DNA from: a virus | Reading direction: 5' to 3' (one strand) | Length of the DNA: 64,000 bases | IMG/VR virus record: IMGVR_UViG_3300036760_000306 | Coordinates: 52,458-116,457 of that record | Part shown: positions 47,030-56,387 of the stretch, piece after piece | Layout of the letters: each line of letters starts with the position of its first letter | Position numbering within the stretch: position 1 is the first letter of the stretch | Program-made: the position numbers and the translations under genes | The notes under the pieces: model-generated | Seen by the model: only the letters and a program-made list of their open reading frames with translations | The model's database searches: none | Told to the model about the DNA's origin: nothing

Positions 47030-47413
47030 ATGAGTAATGCGCCCAAGATGATAATTTGCGTACGTAAAGATCTCAACATGCGAAAGGGCAAGATCGCGGC
47101 CCAAACGGCGCACGCATCCATGTCCTTCCTGGTCAAAGGAAACCTCGCGGGTGCTGTGCTGCACAAGGAGCTGACCGAGGTTGAAGCCGCGTGGCTTTCG
47201 GGTTCGTTCACAAAGATCGTCGTGTACGTTAATTCTGAGGCCGAGCTTCTGGCCCGCATCCAAGCAGGGGAGGCCGCTGGGGTCACGGTACACCCCACCC
47301 ACGATAACGGACTCACCGAGTTCCATGGGGTCAAGACGCTCACGTGCGCTGCATTCGGACCTGATCTGCCTGAGGTGTTGGATCCCCTAACAGGGGGCCT
47401 ACCCCTGTTATGA
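47030..47413 (+). CDS. pth2: Peptidyl-tRNA hydrolase 2 (Pth2)
   Basis: VRKDLNMRKGKIAAQTAHA, W....FTKIVV, DNGLTEF.G..T.T..A.GP, D.LTG.LPLL. Confidence 0.93.
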   Translation: MSNAPKMIICVRKDLNMRKGKIAAQTAHASMSFLVKGNLAGAVLHKELTEVEAAWLSGSFTKIVVYVNSEAELLARIQAGEAAGVTVHPTHDNGLTEFHGVKTLTCAAFGPDLPEVLDPLTGGLPLL

Positions 47414-47811
47414 ACCTGATGAGCGAGCTTCAGAAAGCCCAGGACAACCTTCACGAGATCTTGGCGGGCATTGAAGATCAACTCACCAAAATCTCCCCCT
47501 ACCCCGCGACCCTACCGATTTACGAGTGGCACGGTCGGGACACGTCTAGCGGTCGTAGGAGCAAGACCCCGGTGGCCTACCTGCACTTCGAGGCCGGGGA
47601 CCTGAGCTTCTCCCAGGTCCCCCGGCCCTACGTCCCAGCAGCGACCTGTTGCTCGCGCTGTCGTACTCCCTGCAAGACCTGCATGGAACAAAACAAGGCC
47701 GCACGTAAACGTTGGGACGCCCGTGAAGCCCTCAAAGCTACCCGGGTCGATGTCCTGGAAGTTGACGACGGGGGTATTCTAGGGGCATCATCCAAGCGTT
47801 GCCTGCCATGA
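47410..47811 (+). CDS. Hypothetical protein
   Basis: ATGA-coupled to pth2. Confidence 0.5.
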   Translation: MNLMSELQKAQDNLHEILAGIEDQLTKISPYPATLPIYEWHGRDTSSGRRSKTPVAYLHFEAGDLSFSQVPRPYVPAATCCSRCRTPCKTCMEQNKAARKRWDAREALKATRVDVLEVDDGGILGASSKRCLP

Positions 47812-47901
47812 AGAAGCGGCTTGAATCCGATTCCAAAGTGACCCCTGAGGCAATCGAAAAAGCGGTTCAGGCTGGCCGCCGCTTCCTTTCCGAATTACAC
47901 C

Positions 47902-47929
47902 TAGAGTAATTCATCTCTTCGGTGTAGTA
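47902..47929 (+). promoter_or_regulatory. Bipartite promoter TAGAGT-N13-GGTGTAGTA
   Basis: GGTGTA is 8 nt from the ATG at 47935. Confidence 0.75.
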
Positions 47930-47934
47930 GTGCT

Positions 47935-48141
47935 ATGCCCCTACCGCAACGAAAGGAGTGCTGCTTCTGCTTCAAGACCACGCGCTTCTGGACCGCATTA
48001 CCGGACCGCAAGGGCGGAGAGCAGGTGGCGTGCTGCCCACCGTGTTCCAAGCTCCGCACCCCATCGCAGGTGCCATCAAAGTCTGCCTGGTGCGAGGAAG
48101 CGCGTAAGAGGCGTCCCAGCCTCTACCCGGGGCAACCATGA
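47935..48141 (+). CDS. Small Zn-binding protein
   Basis: CxxC pairs; leaderless start. Confidence 0.65.
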   Translation: MPLPQRKECCFCFKTTRFWTALPDRKGGEQVACCPPCSKLRTPSQVPSKSAWCEEARKRRPSLYPGQP

Positions 48142-48431
48142 CCCGCCGTTCCGCAGTCATGCAACTCAGCTCGCAAGAGGTCTTCTGGGTTCCTGAGTCC
48201 AAGTGCGTAGACCTACCGGGGAAGCCGCTTAGGGTGTGGACCCTGGCGGCCCACTCGGATCCCAACACGAAGCCGGTGTTGCCCATCATCCCACAACACG
48301 GGTTCAACGCCTTCCTCGAAGATGAGCGGCATGACTGGACCTACCACATGCTCGGGGGAGAGCCCTGGCTCAAGTACAACAGCCGGATGCGAGATCACTC
48401 GGTCTGGATTCTCTGCGAGTTCAAGCCGTGA
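48138..48431 (+). CDS. Hypothetical protein
   Basis: ATGA overlap. Confidence 0.6.
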   Translation: MTRRSAVMQLSSQEVFWVPESKCVDLPGKPLRVWTLAAHSDPNTKPVLPIIPQHGFNAFLEDERHDWTYHMLGGEPWLKYNSRMRDHSVWILCEFKP

Positions 48432-48856
48432 CTCCCCAAGCCGTCGATCAGGAACTCCGCTATCTTCGGTTGAAGTTCGAGCGGGAGCCATCGGATTTTC
48501 TCAAGGGGCGCATCGCCCTCATGGGGACGGTTCAAGCGGCATGCCAAGCGGTTCAACCCGCTTCGGTCACAGATGGCAATTTGAACGAGTGCCGTGATTG
48601 CAAGGGAGCCGTGCATGGTTTCATGGTCCACGATTGGGTGTGGTTGGAGGCGTGGCCATCATACCCGGCCGAGAAGGAGGCGTTGGAAGAACGCTTTGGG
48701 GATTGGGATACCAGGACGCTTCTGCTTCTGTGCGTGCCTTGCCTAGAAACCCGCTTGAAGCGGACCCTCAAGACACAGGATATCGTGGCGATCTCTTTCA
48801 ACGCTTGGCTTCTTGCTGACCACGCCCTTCAGGCGATCCTTGAAGGCAAGCCGTGA
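48428..48856 (+). CDS. Zn-finger hypothetical protein
   Basis: CRDC...FMVHDWVW...LCVPCLETRL.R.L. Confidence 0.65.
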   Translation: MTPQAVDQELRYLRLKFEREPSDFLKGRIALMGTVQAACQAVQPASVTDGNLNECRDCKGAVHGFMVHDWVWLEAWPSYPAEKEALEERFGDWDTRTLLLLCVPCLETRLKRTLKTQDIVAISFNAWLLADHALQAILEGKP

Positions 48857-49206
48857 CGGATCACGTCTACCCCGAGCTACCCCCGTGCAATGAATGCGGC
48901 ATGTGTTGCACCACGCACCTGGAGTTCGGTCGCGGGGGCTTTGTACGGCTCACCGACGCCGACTACGAACGGCTGCCCGAGAAGTACCGGCTCAAGGTCG
49001 TCACCGAGTCTGAGTTGAACGTAGACCGGCTTGGGGTCAAAGGGTCCCCTGGGGTCGGCTACCGTTGTGTAGCGCTCAAGGGCGTTGCTGGGCACAAGAC
49101 CTCGTGCGAAATCTACCAGGACCGCCCAACCCTGTGTCGCACGTTTGAACGTGGATCCAAAGATTGCCGCAAAGACCGAGCCCTATGGTTCGCCAACCAG
49201 CGTTAG
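48853..49206 (+). CDS. YkgJ-family Zn/Fe-chelating protein
   Basis: CNECGMCC, RCVAL.G, CEIYQDRP.LCR.F..GS.DC. Confidence 0.85.
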   Translation: MTDHVYPELPPCNECGMCCTTHLEFGRGGFVRLTDADYERLPEKYRLKVVTESELNVDRLGVKGSPGVGYRCVALKGVAGHKTSCEIYQDRPTLCRTFERGSKDCRKDRALWFANQR

Positions 49207-49679
49207 TCGTTCTCAAGGTGATCCCAAAGGGTCACCGGGTCTGGTTGGTTGGGGCGTGCCGGTAGATTACGCATTCTGGAAAACGGCGGGGGCGGGGGTT
49301 GCTGGTCATCCTCAGAGCGTTCCCCGAACCGCGTGAGTGCTTCGATCACTTCACGTGACACCGTGGCATTTGGGACCACACGGATCCTAGTCCCAGACGG
49401 GTGAACCCGCACATCGTTAAACCCGATCTCAGCGGCTAGCGCGAGGATCAGATGTACGAGCCTCTGGTCACAATCCCGGGAACCCGCTACGTGATCCTCG
49501 ACATCAAGCCACCCGTCACGGTCATAACGCGGTGGGTTCACCAGGAGCCGACGCAGGTAGCTTAGCGCCAAGACATGGGAACGTCCCGTACGACGGTAGT
49601 TCTCTGTCCCATCGTAGAGCCAGTCCAGGGCCTCCAGGGCCCTGCGTTGAGGCGGAGTGAGCGAGAAGGGTGGCGGCAT
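49203..49679 (-). CDS. Hypothetical protein with C-terminal TLWDHL tag
   Basis: GGTGTA-N9-ATG; ends PDPVTLWDHLEND. Confidence 0.75.
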   Translation of the reverse strand: MPPPFSLTPPQRRALEALDWLYDGTENYRRTGRSHVLALSYLRRLLVNPPRYDRDGWLDVEDHVAGSRDCDQRLVHLILALAAEIGFNDVRVHPSGTRIRVVPNATVSREVIEALTRFGERSEDDQQPPPPPFSRMRNLPARPNQPDPVTLWDHLEND

Positions 49680-49698
49680 CCTGGGTTTTACACCGAAT

Positions 49699-49917
49699 TC
49701 AATCGAGCAGCCGGTGGGCGCTCAGCACGGAATCATCAGGCTTAAACACAATGAGCACCGGAGTCCCCAGCACAATCGCCCGTTTGGAGTGCCCGTTTTC
49801 ATACACAGACAACGGAAAGCGGACCAAAGTGTCGTTGTCCAGCCGTACCTGCATCGAGAGTGACCTCGGGTAGACGTTGTGGATCACGCCCCGTTGTGTC
49901 TTGGGCTCAGGAGTCAC
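49699..49917 (-). CDS. Small beta-barrel-like protein
   Basis: Overlaps the AAA gene stop. Confidence 0.5.
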   Translation of the reverse strand: MTPEPKTQRGVIHNVYPRSLSMQVRLDNDTLVRFPLSVYENGHSKRAIVLGTPVLIVFKPDDSVLSAHRLLD

Positions 49918-51172
49918 GCCCGACCTTCAGGTTAGATGCAGCCACGGCTGAGTCACGGTTGGTCAACAAGTGCTCTTGCAGAGCAGCCATCGAGAACTCG
50001 TCCGCAGCCTCTCGAACTTGATTCCCGAAGTGCTTGGCCAAGTGCCCCACCCCAGGGAAGAACTGCTCGAACAACCGTTCCGCCATATCAGGGTCTGCGT
50101 TCTTGAACTCGAAGCGACGATCTACACGACTGGGACGAATTAACGCTGGATCCAGTAACTCTAGATGATTAGTCGTCATGAACAGCACATGCCCGGGAGC
50201 CGATGACACACCATCGATCGCGTTGAGGAACCCAGAGAACGTCAAAGGTTCCATACCGCCTTGGCGTTCTCTTTTTTGAAACAAGCAATCTACATCTTCA
50301 ATGAGCACCAAAGCATGCTCCGGAAGCTCTGCCATAACACTCATGAGGGAGGTATCGCACATCGTGGCGAGCGACATAATGTAGATGTCACGCTTAAAGT
50401 AGCTCGCAAGAGCTACCACGCTCGAAGTTTTACCGTTGCCCGGAGATCCCAATAAAAGATAGCCACGTTGGTACGGGATCCCGTGCTCCATGTACCAGTT
50501 CTTCGAGGCAAAGAACTTTGTCATGTCCTGTTGGATCTCGGTAAGCATCCCACTTGGCAGGATCACGGACTCAAATGCACGTGGTAACCGTCTTTGAACA
50601 ATGCGCCAGTTACTGTACGTAGGGCGCAAGATGGATATACGATTGTCTTCAGGTGGGAACGCCGTCTCACGAGCTGCGTAGATAAGGTCATGAACCACCT
50701 TACGGGAGAATGTCTGAAAAATAAATGACTCGTGGTACGCAACTTCCCCCATCATGGACTCACCTTCGTGGCGAACCCTGGTGATCAGGATGTGGTGCCC
50801 TTGGAAAAGAATTAGGTGCCGTCCGGGAGCTGGGCTGAACACCACCTCAGTGAGTTGTCGCCTGGTCCTTAATTCTGGGGACTCATCGATCTTCTGGCTT
50901 TGCACGGGCATCGTGCGGGTAGATGCCGTGAGTAAGCGAGCACGATTTTTTGTGTATGGCTGTTCTCCAAGCCACTTCTGGACCCAAAAGAATGCAGGGT
51001 CGTGGTCCGAGATGTCAATGGTCGTTACGAAGCTCCGCAGACTCCACGTCCACAAGTGCTTGGGCACGTTCCGTAGCAGGGCTAAGAGCCCTGTAAACAC
51101 TACGAGAACTGCACCCCCAGTCAGGAATTGGTTTTCGAGCTGCTTCTGAATTAGGGGTAGAAGATTATCCAT
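49907..51172 (-). CDS. BCS1-like AAA+ ATPase
   Basis: N-terminal TM plus BCS1_N-like region (F.PAPGRH); WY..HGIPYQRGYLL.G.PG.GKTS, IEDVD, LTFSG.LNAIDGV, MTTNH...LDPALIRP.RVD. Confidence 0.88.
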   Translation of the reverse strand: MDNLLPLIQKQLENQFLTGGAVLVVFTGLLALLRNVPKHLWTWSLRSFVTTIDISDHDPAFFWVQKWLGEQPYTKNRARLLTASTRTMPVQSQKIDESPELRTRRQLTEVVFSPAPGRHLILFQGHHILITRVRHEGESMMGEVAYHESFIFQTFSRKVVHDLIYAARETAFPPEDNRISILRPTYSNWRIVQRRLPRAFESVILPSGMLTEIQQDMTKFFASKNWYMEHGIPYQRGYLLLGSPGNGKTSSVVALASYFKRDIYIMSLATMCDTSLMSVMAELPEHALVLIEDVDCLFQKRERQGGMEPLTFSGFLNAIDGVSSAPGHVLFMTTNHLELLDPALIRPSRVDRRFEFKNADPDMAERLFEQFFPGVGHLAKHFGNQVREAADEFSMAALQEHLLTNRDSAVAASNLKVGRDS

Positions 51173-51181
51173 CACAAGGGC

Positions 51182-51601
51182 TTACACCGCGTTCGGAGTC
51201 GCCACCCACGAAAGGCTATTGAAACGGATCACTAAGGTCGCAAGGTGGAGAGCATGGGGGAAAGCATGGAGTTCATGCTCTCCCGGAAGAAGCTCAGCTC
51301 TCCTGTACTCAAAAGACTGGCCGGTCGAGTCCAGGATCTGGATCAGACGCCCTGCTAGATCAGGGTCCTCGGGCAAGTCCACCGTGACCTCACCGTGCGT
51401 CATCGTATAGAGCCCCTGATTGACCGGAGCCTTCGCAGAAACCTGCCAGATCTTTCGACGGGGCACCATGAGGCCCGTGGCTTGATCAACAACCAAGCCA
51501 GCCGCTCCGGCGCTCACCAAGACGGTCGAGGGGCCGGAGCAAATGAGGGCTCCAGAGCCTTCAAAGCTTGTACCCACCGGCTTGGCGAGGTTGAGTTGCA
51601 C
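51182..51601 (-). CDS. Hypothetical protein
   Basis: 139 aa ORF in a minus-strand run. Confidence 0.55.
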   Translation of the reverse strand: MQLNLAKPVGTSFEGSGALICSGPSTVLVSAGAAGLVVDQATGLMVPRRKIWQVSAKAPVNQGLYTMTHGEVTVDLPEDPDLAGRLIQILDSTGQSFEYRRAELLPGEHELHAFPHALHLATLVIRFNSLSWVATPNAV

Positions 51602-51622
51602 CTGAGCCTACGTGTGGAAGCT

Positions 51623-52033
51623 TTAGCGTTTGCGGAACTTCTGGAACTTCCCATCCAACGCATCAAGCGTTGCTCGGGCCCGCTTGCCGGGCTTGAGTCC
51701 CAGCTCAGTATCGGCGAAGTCTTCAATGAAATCCCCGCAGGGGCGATCAGGAAAGAATCCGATCGCCCTATACGACTCCGGGTCACCGTAGAACTGGACC
51801 GTTTGGACCAGCAGTTCTTGGGTATCAGCCACGATCAGGTGGGCCATCGCGGCATCCAGGGCTCGGATCTCGCTCAGCAGGCCTCTGCAAAGGTCTCGGA
51901 GTCCAGCAGCCTGTGTCCCCCGCACCCCGGCTTGGCGTAGCTCCAGGGCTTCCGAGAGGGCCTTGTGCCGCCGTTCTCGAAACGACTGAAGCACCAGGGC
52001 ATGCTTCATTTGCGGACCAGCAGTGTACCCCAT
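51623..52033 (-). CDS. Hypothetical protein
   Basis: GAGG SD. Confidence 0.65.
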   Translation of the reverse strand: MGYTAGPQMKHALVLQSFRERRHKALSEALELRQAGVRGTQAAGLRDLCRGLLSEIRALDAAMAHLIVADTQELLVQTVQFYGDPESYRAIGFFPDRPCGDFIEDFADTELGLKPGKRARATLDALDGKFQKFRKR

Positions 52034-52048
52034 GAAGTACCTCGTTAG

Positions 52049-52339
52049 CTAAGCTTTCGGAAAGAAGCTTTCTACGTCGAGCATTTGGATGTCCTCCAAC
52101 GAGGCCAAACCGAGCTGAACCAGCGAACCTTCAATGAAGCCGAGCCAACGTGAGGCCCGCTCCAAACGGCCTTGCTCCAGAACGCTTCGCGTTTCCTCGA
52201 TCATCCACCGTAGATGGCACACTTCCCCCAAGATAGGGATCACGGCATCGGGTTTCCGAGAAACTGTCGCGCTAGGGAATGTCGCGACCAACCGTGAATC
52301 GTAGTGGTCCAGAAGGCGGCGGATATGGGGAGAGTTCAT
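52049..52339 (-). CDS. Hypothetical protein
   Basis: HL.WM...RASRWLGFIEG.L motif, which I recall from phage proteins. Confidence 0.65.
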   Translation of the reverse strand: MNSPHIRRLLDHYDSRLVATFPSATVSRKPDAVIPILGEVCHLRWMIEETRSVLEQGRLERASRWLGFIEGSLVQLGLASLEDIQMLDVESFFPKA

Positions 52340-52609
52340 GGTTTACCTGATACACGGGATGCGGCATTTCCCGACGCTTTCTCAATCGATGTCGATGTCC
52401 ACGCCAATACCGAGAAGCCACCACACCCAAGTCATACGGCCTCCTTGGGCGGTACCAGCGTCGTGATGGTGCTAAGTCCGAGGAAGTCCTGCACGCTGGT
52501 GACTGAACCGCCCACCGCCTTCAGCTTCTTCAATTTCTTGGCGTCCATCGTTCTTTATACACCGGCCGGGGCTGGTTTGCTTTCACAGTTGATGTAATGT
52601 TCACGAGTC

Positions 52610-53362
52610 ATGCTTTTGACTCGCCACGACTGGGACAAGCTTCTGATTTCTCAGGATGCCGACGTGCGTCTTGAGGCTATCCAGCAAGAGGGCATCCTCC
52701 AGGCCACCTTCCCGGCGTTGCAGAAGCTCGTGGGCTTTGGTGGCGGCGACTCAGGACATAAATGCTTGTGGACCCACACCAAGCAGGTCGTGGTCCAGAC
52801 GGTCCCGCAAGTTCTGTACCGCTGGATGGCCCTGTTCCATGATATGGGCAAGCCCCAGTCGTTTACTCGTGTGGACGGTAAAATCGCCTTCCACCATCAC
52901 GAGGAAGCGTCGGCCAACATTTTCAAGCGGGTTGCACGTGAAGCCGGGCTGTTTCAGCCTACCGAAGTGGACGAGATCGCGTTCGTGATCCGGCACTTGG
53001 GGCACGTGGAAGCGTATGAGTCGGACTGGACCGACTCAGCGGTCCGGAGGCTCACCCGGGAACTCGGGGTCCACCTGGACGCTGTGTTTGCGGTGGCGAG
53101 GGCGGACTGCACGACTGCCCGCCCCGAGAAGCGGCAGCGGCAGCTCAAGCGGACTCACGAGATCAGGACCCGCATCGACACTCTTGCGGCCTTTGTGCCA
53201 CCAGCGCTCCCCGCTGGGCTTGGAGACGTGTTGATGCAGCGCTTGGGCATGCGGCCCGGGCCAGAGTTTGGGGTCATCATGCGAGGGCTCAAGGCCCGTG
53301 TTGAGGCCGGTGAGCTACCCCGCAACGCAGACTTTGAGGTCTACCTCGCTACCTTGGGCTAG
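52610..53362 (+). CDS. Stand-alone HD-domain protein resembling the C-terminal half of CCA-adding enzymes
   Basis: HK.LWTHT..VV, ALFHDMGKP, FHHHE, WTDSAVRRL, ADCTT, G..LM..LG..PGP..G. Confidence 0.8.
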   Translation: MLLTRHDWDKLLISQDADVRLEAIQQEGILQATFPALQKLVGFGGGDSGHKCLWTHTKQVVVQTVPQVLYRWMALFHDMGKPQSFTRVDGKIAFHHHEEASANIFKRVAREAGLFQPTEVDEIAFVIRHLGHVEAYESDWTDSAVRRLTRELGVHLDAVFAVARADCTTARPEKRQRQLKRTHEIRTRIDTLAAFVPPALPAGLGDVLMQRLGMRPGPEFGVIMRGLKARVEAGELPRNADFEVYLATLG

Positions 53363-53418
53363 GCAGAACCAAGACAAGCCACGGGGCAGTGAGCTGTTGT
53401 GGTGGGAAAAGGGTTATT

Positions 53419-53979
53419 TCAAGTAGCCCTAGACTCCCGCAACATGTTGCAGAAGAGCTGCCCCTGACCGATCGCATCGTCCAGCGCGACATGGTTGTGC
53501 GGTGTTTTGCCGAACCAGCGCTTGGGCATGTTCCGCTTGGTGGCCTCTCGGAAGTCGCTCTTGAGCATGCACATCGCGAAGGTCTTGACATCAAGGGCTG
53601 AGAACGAGAAGGGGCTCTCGCCCGTGAACTGGATCAGGTACCAGTACACGAAAAGGAAGTCGTATGTCGCGGGGTACCCGACAAACACAGGCTTGCCTGG
53701 AAGCCCCTTAAGCCACTTCACATAATCACGCATGGCGGGCTGAATCTCGGAGAGGTCCTTCCGACATGCCGCCCATGCTTCGGGCTGGGTCAACCACCAG
53801 GCGGCGGTATCGGGTTCCGCCTGGGCCCCTTCAAGGGTTTTCAGGTTCCGAGAGAAGGTGCTGATCATGGTGCCATCTGCCAAGAAGGCGGCGGAACCAA
53901 AGCTCAGCATCGAGTTAGGGCCGGGGATCGGCCCGTCCGCTTCAATATCTGTGGATACGTAAATTTCTTTCATTTTCAT
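53419..53979 (-). CDS. DEDDh 3'-5' exoribonuclease (Rv2179c-like)
   Basis: [25 protein letters not shown]. Confidence 0.85.
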   Translation of the reverse strand: MKMKEIYVSTDIEADGPIPGPNSMLSFGSAAFLADGTMISTFSRNLKTLEGAQAEPDTAAWWLTQPEAWAACRKDLSEIQPAMRDYVKWLKGLPGKPVFVGYPATYDFLFVYWYLIQFTGESPFSFSALDVKTFAMCMLKSDFREATKRNMPKRWFGKTPHNHVALDDAIGQGQLFCNMLRESRAT

Positions 53980-54019
53980 TTTGGTGGAGCGTAACACTTG
54001 GCCGGTGTACTTGCCAAGG

Positions 54020-54491
54020 GTGCTCATGTCTCGCCTTGGCGAGCAATTATGGAAGAAGATACACCAAGGTGCTCATCAACCTACTCGGCCCGATCATCCT
54101 GCATCCGTACGCGGACCGGGATGAACTCAGCTTCTTGACCAAGGACACGAGACCCAAGAGCCTCGTGACAGCGATCCACGACGGCCTTGTGTACGAGCAA
54201 CAAGGGGGATCAAGGCACGTCTTGATCGAATCGTATTGGCAAGCCCAAGAAGGGGTGATCCGTACGGCTGTACCGCTCAGTCAAGCTCGGGGTCGCAAAT
54301 ACCACTGCGGGCACGTTTGGGATTCCGAACACGGGGGTTTCAACGTCAACAACCGCATTGTCTCAGTGCGGCTCGATCAAGACATCCTGATCGTCGCCCC
54401 TACTGGCGGGCAACCACTGATGCTTGACCTCGGGCTAGAAATGGAACTCACGCAAGAAAAGCGGACGCTCTGGGATCTTTTGGCTGACTAG
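54020..54491 (+). CDS. Hypothetical protein with C-terminal TLWDLL tag (probable +1 indel near 54065)
   Basis: GGTGTA-N10-GTG at 54020; main frame 54036..54491 ends [11 protein letters not shown]. Confidence 0.6.
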
Positions 54492-54513
54492 GGCGGCTGG
54501 TGTATAGAGCCCC

Positions 54514-54873
54514 ATGCCAGACATTAATCCAGGGATCCGCCTCACCGTCGGGATGCTGAACGCAGCGGGGCACAAGACCACCGACTCAGGTGACGGCGAG
54601 ACCCGCAGCTTCATGTGCGATCGTGAAGAAGCCTACGTGGTGGTGGTTTCGACCCCCGAGCGTCTCACCCAAGAAGCCCAAGAGATCGCCCAGCTCTTGA
54701 AGGCCAACGGGGTCTTGGTTTCGTCAATCGGAAACGACGAAGTCGGTGGCGTGCAAATCCAGGCTACCTACGATCCGGCCATGGGACAGGAACACGGCTC
54801 AGCCCTGATCGATCTTTCCGGAATTCACGACCGACTGTTGCCCCCGGTCATCATTTTTAGCCTGGCTAAGTAG
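54514..54873 (+). CDS. Hypothetical protein
   Basis: GGTGTA-N9-ATG; LN..G..T.DS.DG motif. Confidence 0.7.
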   Translation: MPDINPGIRLTVGMLNAAGHKTTDSGDGETRSFMCDREEAYVVVVSTPERLTQEAQEIAQLLKANGVLVSSIGNDEVGGVQIQATYDPAMGQEHGSALIDLSGIHDRLLPPVIIFSLAK

Positions 54874-54898
54874 ACCTCTCTTAGCGATCGGTGTAGTA
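54871..54898 (+). promoter_or_regulatory. Bipartite promoter TAGACC-N13-GGTGTAGTA
   Basis: Same spacing as the other copies. Confidence 0.6.
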
Positions 54899-54916
54899 AA
54901 CAGGACTCTAGCCCTT

Positions 54917-55399
54917 ATGGATTCGACGCTTGTCCTTTGCGCCGCTTGCCGCAAACCCGCTAATGATGCGTTCGTGATCAGCGGTGAAGGGGCTTTCTTT
55001 TGCTCTGACTGCGTGCGAATTATCGAACTTCAGGAGATAGACATGCCCTCTCGTATCGTTAAACAACCTGACGGCTTGTTGGCCAGATTCTCCACGGTGG
55101 TGGATAACTTCACGCACTTCGGGATGACCAAAGAGCAAGCGATCGAAGTCTGTCGCGAGGATATGGGACGAACTGACGCTGAGGCGAAAGTTCAACGCGG
55201 TCTAGACGATGATCTGCTGGGTCTGGGGGATCAAAGCCGAAAGAACGACGGGTTGAATCGCTGGCGCGATGCGTTAAAGACCATCGAGGCCATTCACGGT
55301 AAAGACATGTTAGCTGAGGTGATCAAATACGCTCAAGCCCCAGAGGAGACGTCCCCGCCCCCAACGGATCCGATCACCCGCCAGTTTGAAGCGGAGTAA
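54917..55399 (+). CDS. Hypothetical protein with N-terminal Zn finger
   Basis: CAAC...CSDC; KQPDG..ARFSTVVD.FTH. Confidence 0.7.
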   Translation: MDSTLVLCAACRKPANDAFVISGEGAFFCSDCVRIIELQEIDMPSRIVKQPDGLLARFSTVVDNFTHFGMTKEQAIEVCREDMGRTDAEAKVQRGLDDDLLGLGDQSRKNDGLNRWRDALKTIEAIHGKDMLAEVIKYAQAPEETSPPPTDPITRQFEAE

Positions 55400-55403
55400 G
55401 GCC

Positions 55404-55823
55404 ATGTTCCCACGCCGACGCAAAGTGACCACTAAGTGCAAGTCCTGTGAACTCCCGGGAGAGTATCGCGGAGTTCTGTACCGGGTGCTGCAACAACACG
55501 AGTCAGCACAAGCACTCAGGGTGTTCCTCAAGAAGAACCCCTCGGAGGATCGCCGTAACCACATGGTCAAAGGACCACACCTAACCCGGCGGATCACCGA
55601 GCCCATGTGCCAGCGGCACTACATGGAAAACACCTTCGGGCTCTGGCCTTACGCTTGCACCAAGAAATGCCGAGCCGAGACGCAGAAGAAGTCAAGCATC
55701 GTGCTACGGGAAGAACACTTGATCGTCTGGCTCGACATGGGGCCGATCTTCGGGGACGTGAAACCGCTTTGCCCGTGGTGCGGGAAGCGACGCCTCAAGA
55801 GCTACGGGGGTCAGATCACGTGA
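55404..55823 (+). CDS. Zn-finger hypothetical protein
   Basis: GGAG SD; several CxxC. Confidence 0.65.
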   Translation: MFPRRRKVTTKCKSCELPGEYRGVLYRVLQQHESAQALRVFLKKNPSEDRRNHMVKGPHLTRRITEPMCQRHYMENTFGLWPYACTKKCRAETQKKSSIVLREEHLIVWLDMGPIFGDVKPLCPWCGKRRLKSYGGQIT

Positions 55824-56139
55824 TTAGACTCTTGTCAGGCTCATCTTCTTTCAAGTGATCCCAAAGCGTTCTAGGGGTCGGGGCCGGAGGCTCCAACAGC
55901 TTGGGTGGTTCGACCGGCGGCTCAAGCACTGGCGGGGTGGGGGTCGCAACCAAGTAGGTGATGGTACCTCTAGAGTCCATCAAGCAGAGACGGCCCAGCT
56001 CGTCTAGGAACATGGACGACTGCCCGGTGGGCGGGGTCCGGATGCTGTTTGGCAGGATACGTTGTAATCGGAAGCGGTAAACGGACCAGTGGTGGCCGCA
56101 CGCCATCACATCGAAAGCGATGTCTTTCTCAAATAGCAT
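55816..56139 (-). CDS. Hypothetical protein with C-terminal TLWDHL tag
   Basis: Pro-rich linker, then TPRTLWDHLKEDE. Confidence 0.65.
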   Translation of the reverse strand: MLFEKDIAFDVMACGHHWSVYRFRLQRILPNSIRTPPTGQSSMFLDELGRLCLMDSRGTITYLVATPTPPVLEPPVEPPKLLEPPAPTPRTLWDHLKEDEPDKSLIT

Positions 56140-56195
56140 TATTTGTGCCTGCCTATACTGAATCTAGCGGAGCGTCAACGGTGTAACCCCCTGGT

Positions 56196-56387
56196 ATGCC
56201 GGTCGTCGTGAAGGACGGCAAACGGGGCATGCTGGCCTTCACTAGGTCAGAGGAGCCTTCGCCTGAGCACCCCGAGGGGCAGTGGATCATCGGCATGCTC
56301 AAAGAGGGTGAGCTGACCCCCGAGCAGGTGATCCTAGAGCTACAGCACGGGCAAGCCGTGGAGGATCGCTTGCGGGAGTCTCGCTAG
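56196..56387 (+). CDS. Small hypothetical protein
   Basis: GGTGTA-N10-ATG. Confidence 0.7.
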   Translation: MPVVVKDGKRGMLAFTRSEEPSPEHPEGQWIIGMLKEGELTPEQVILELQHGQAVEDRLRESR

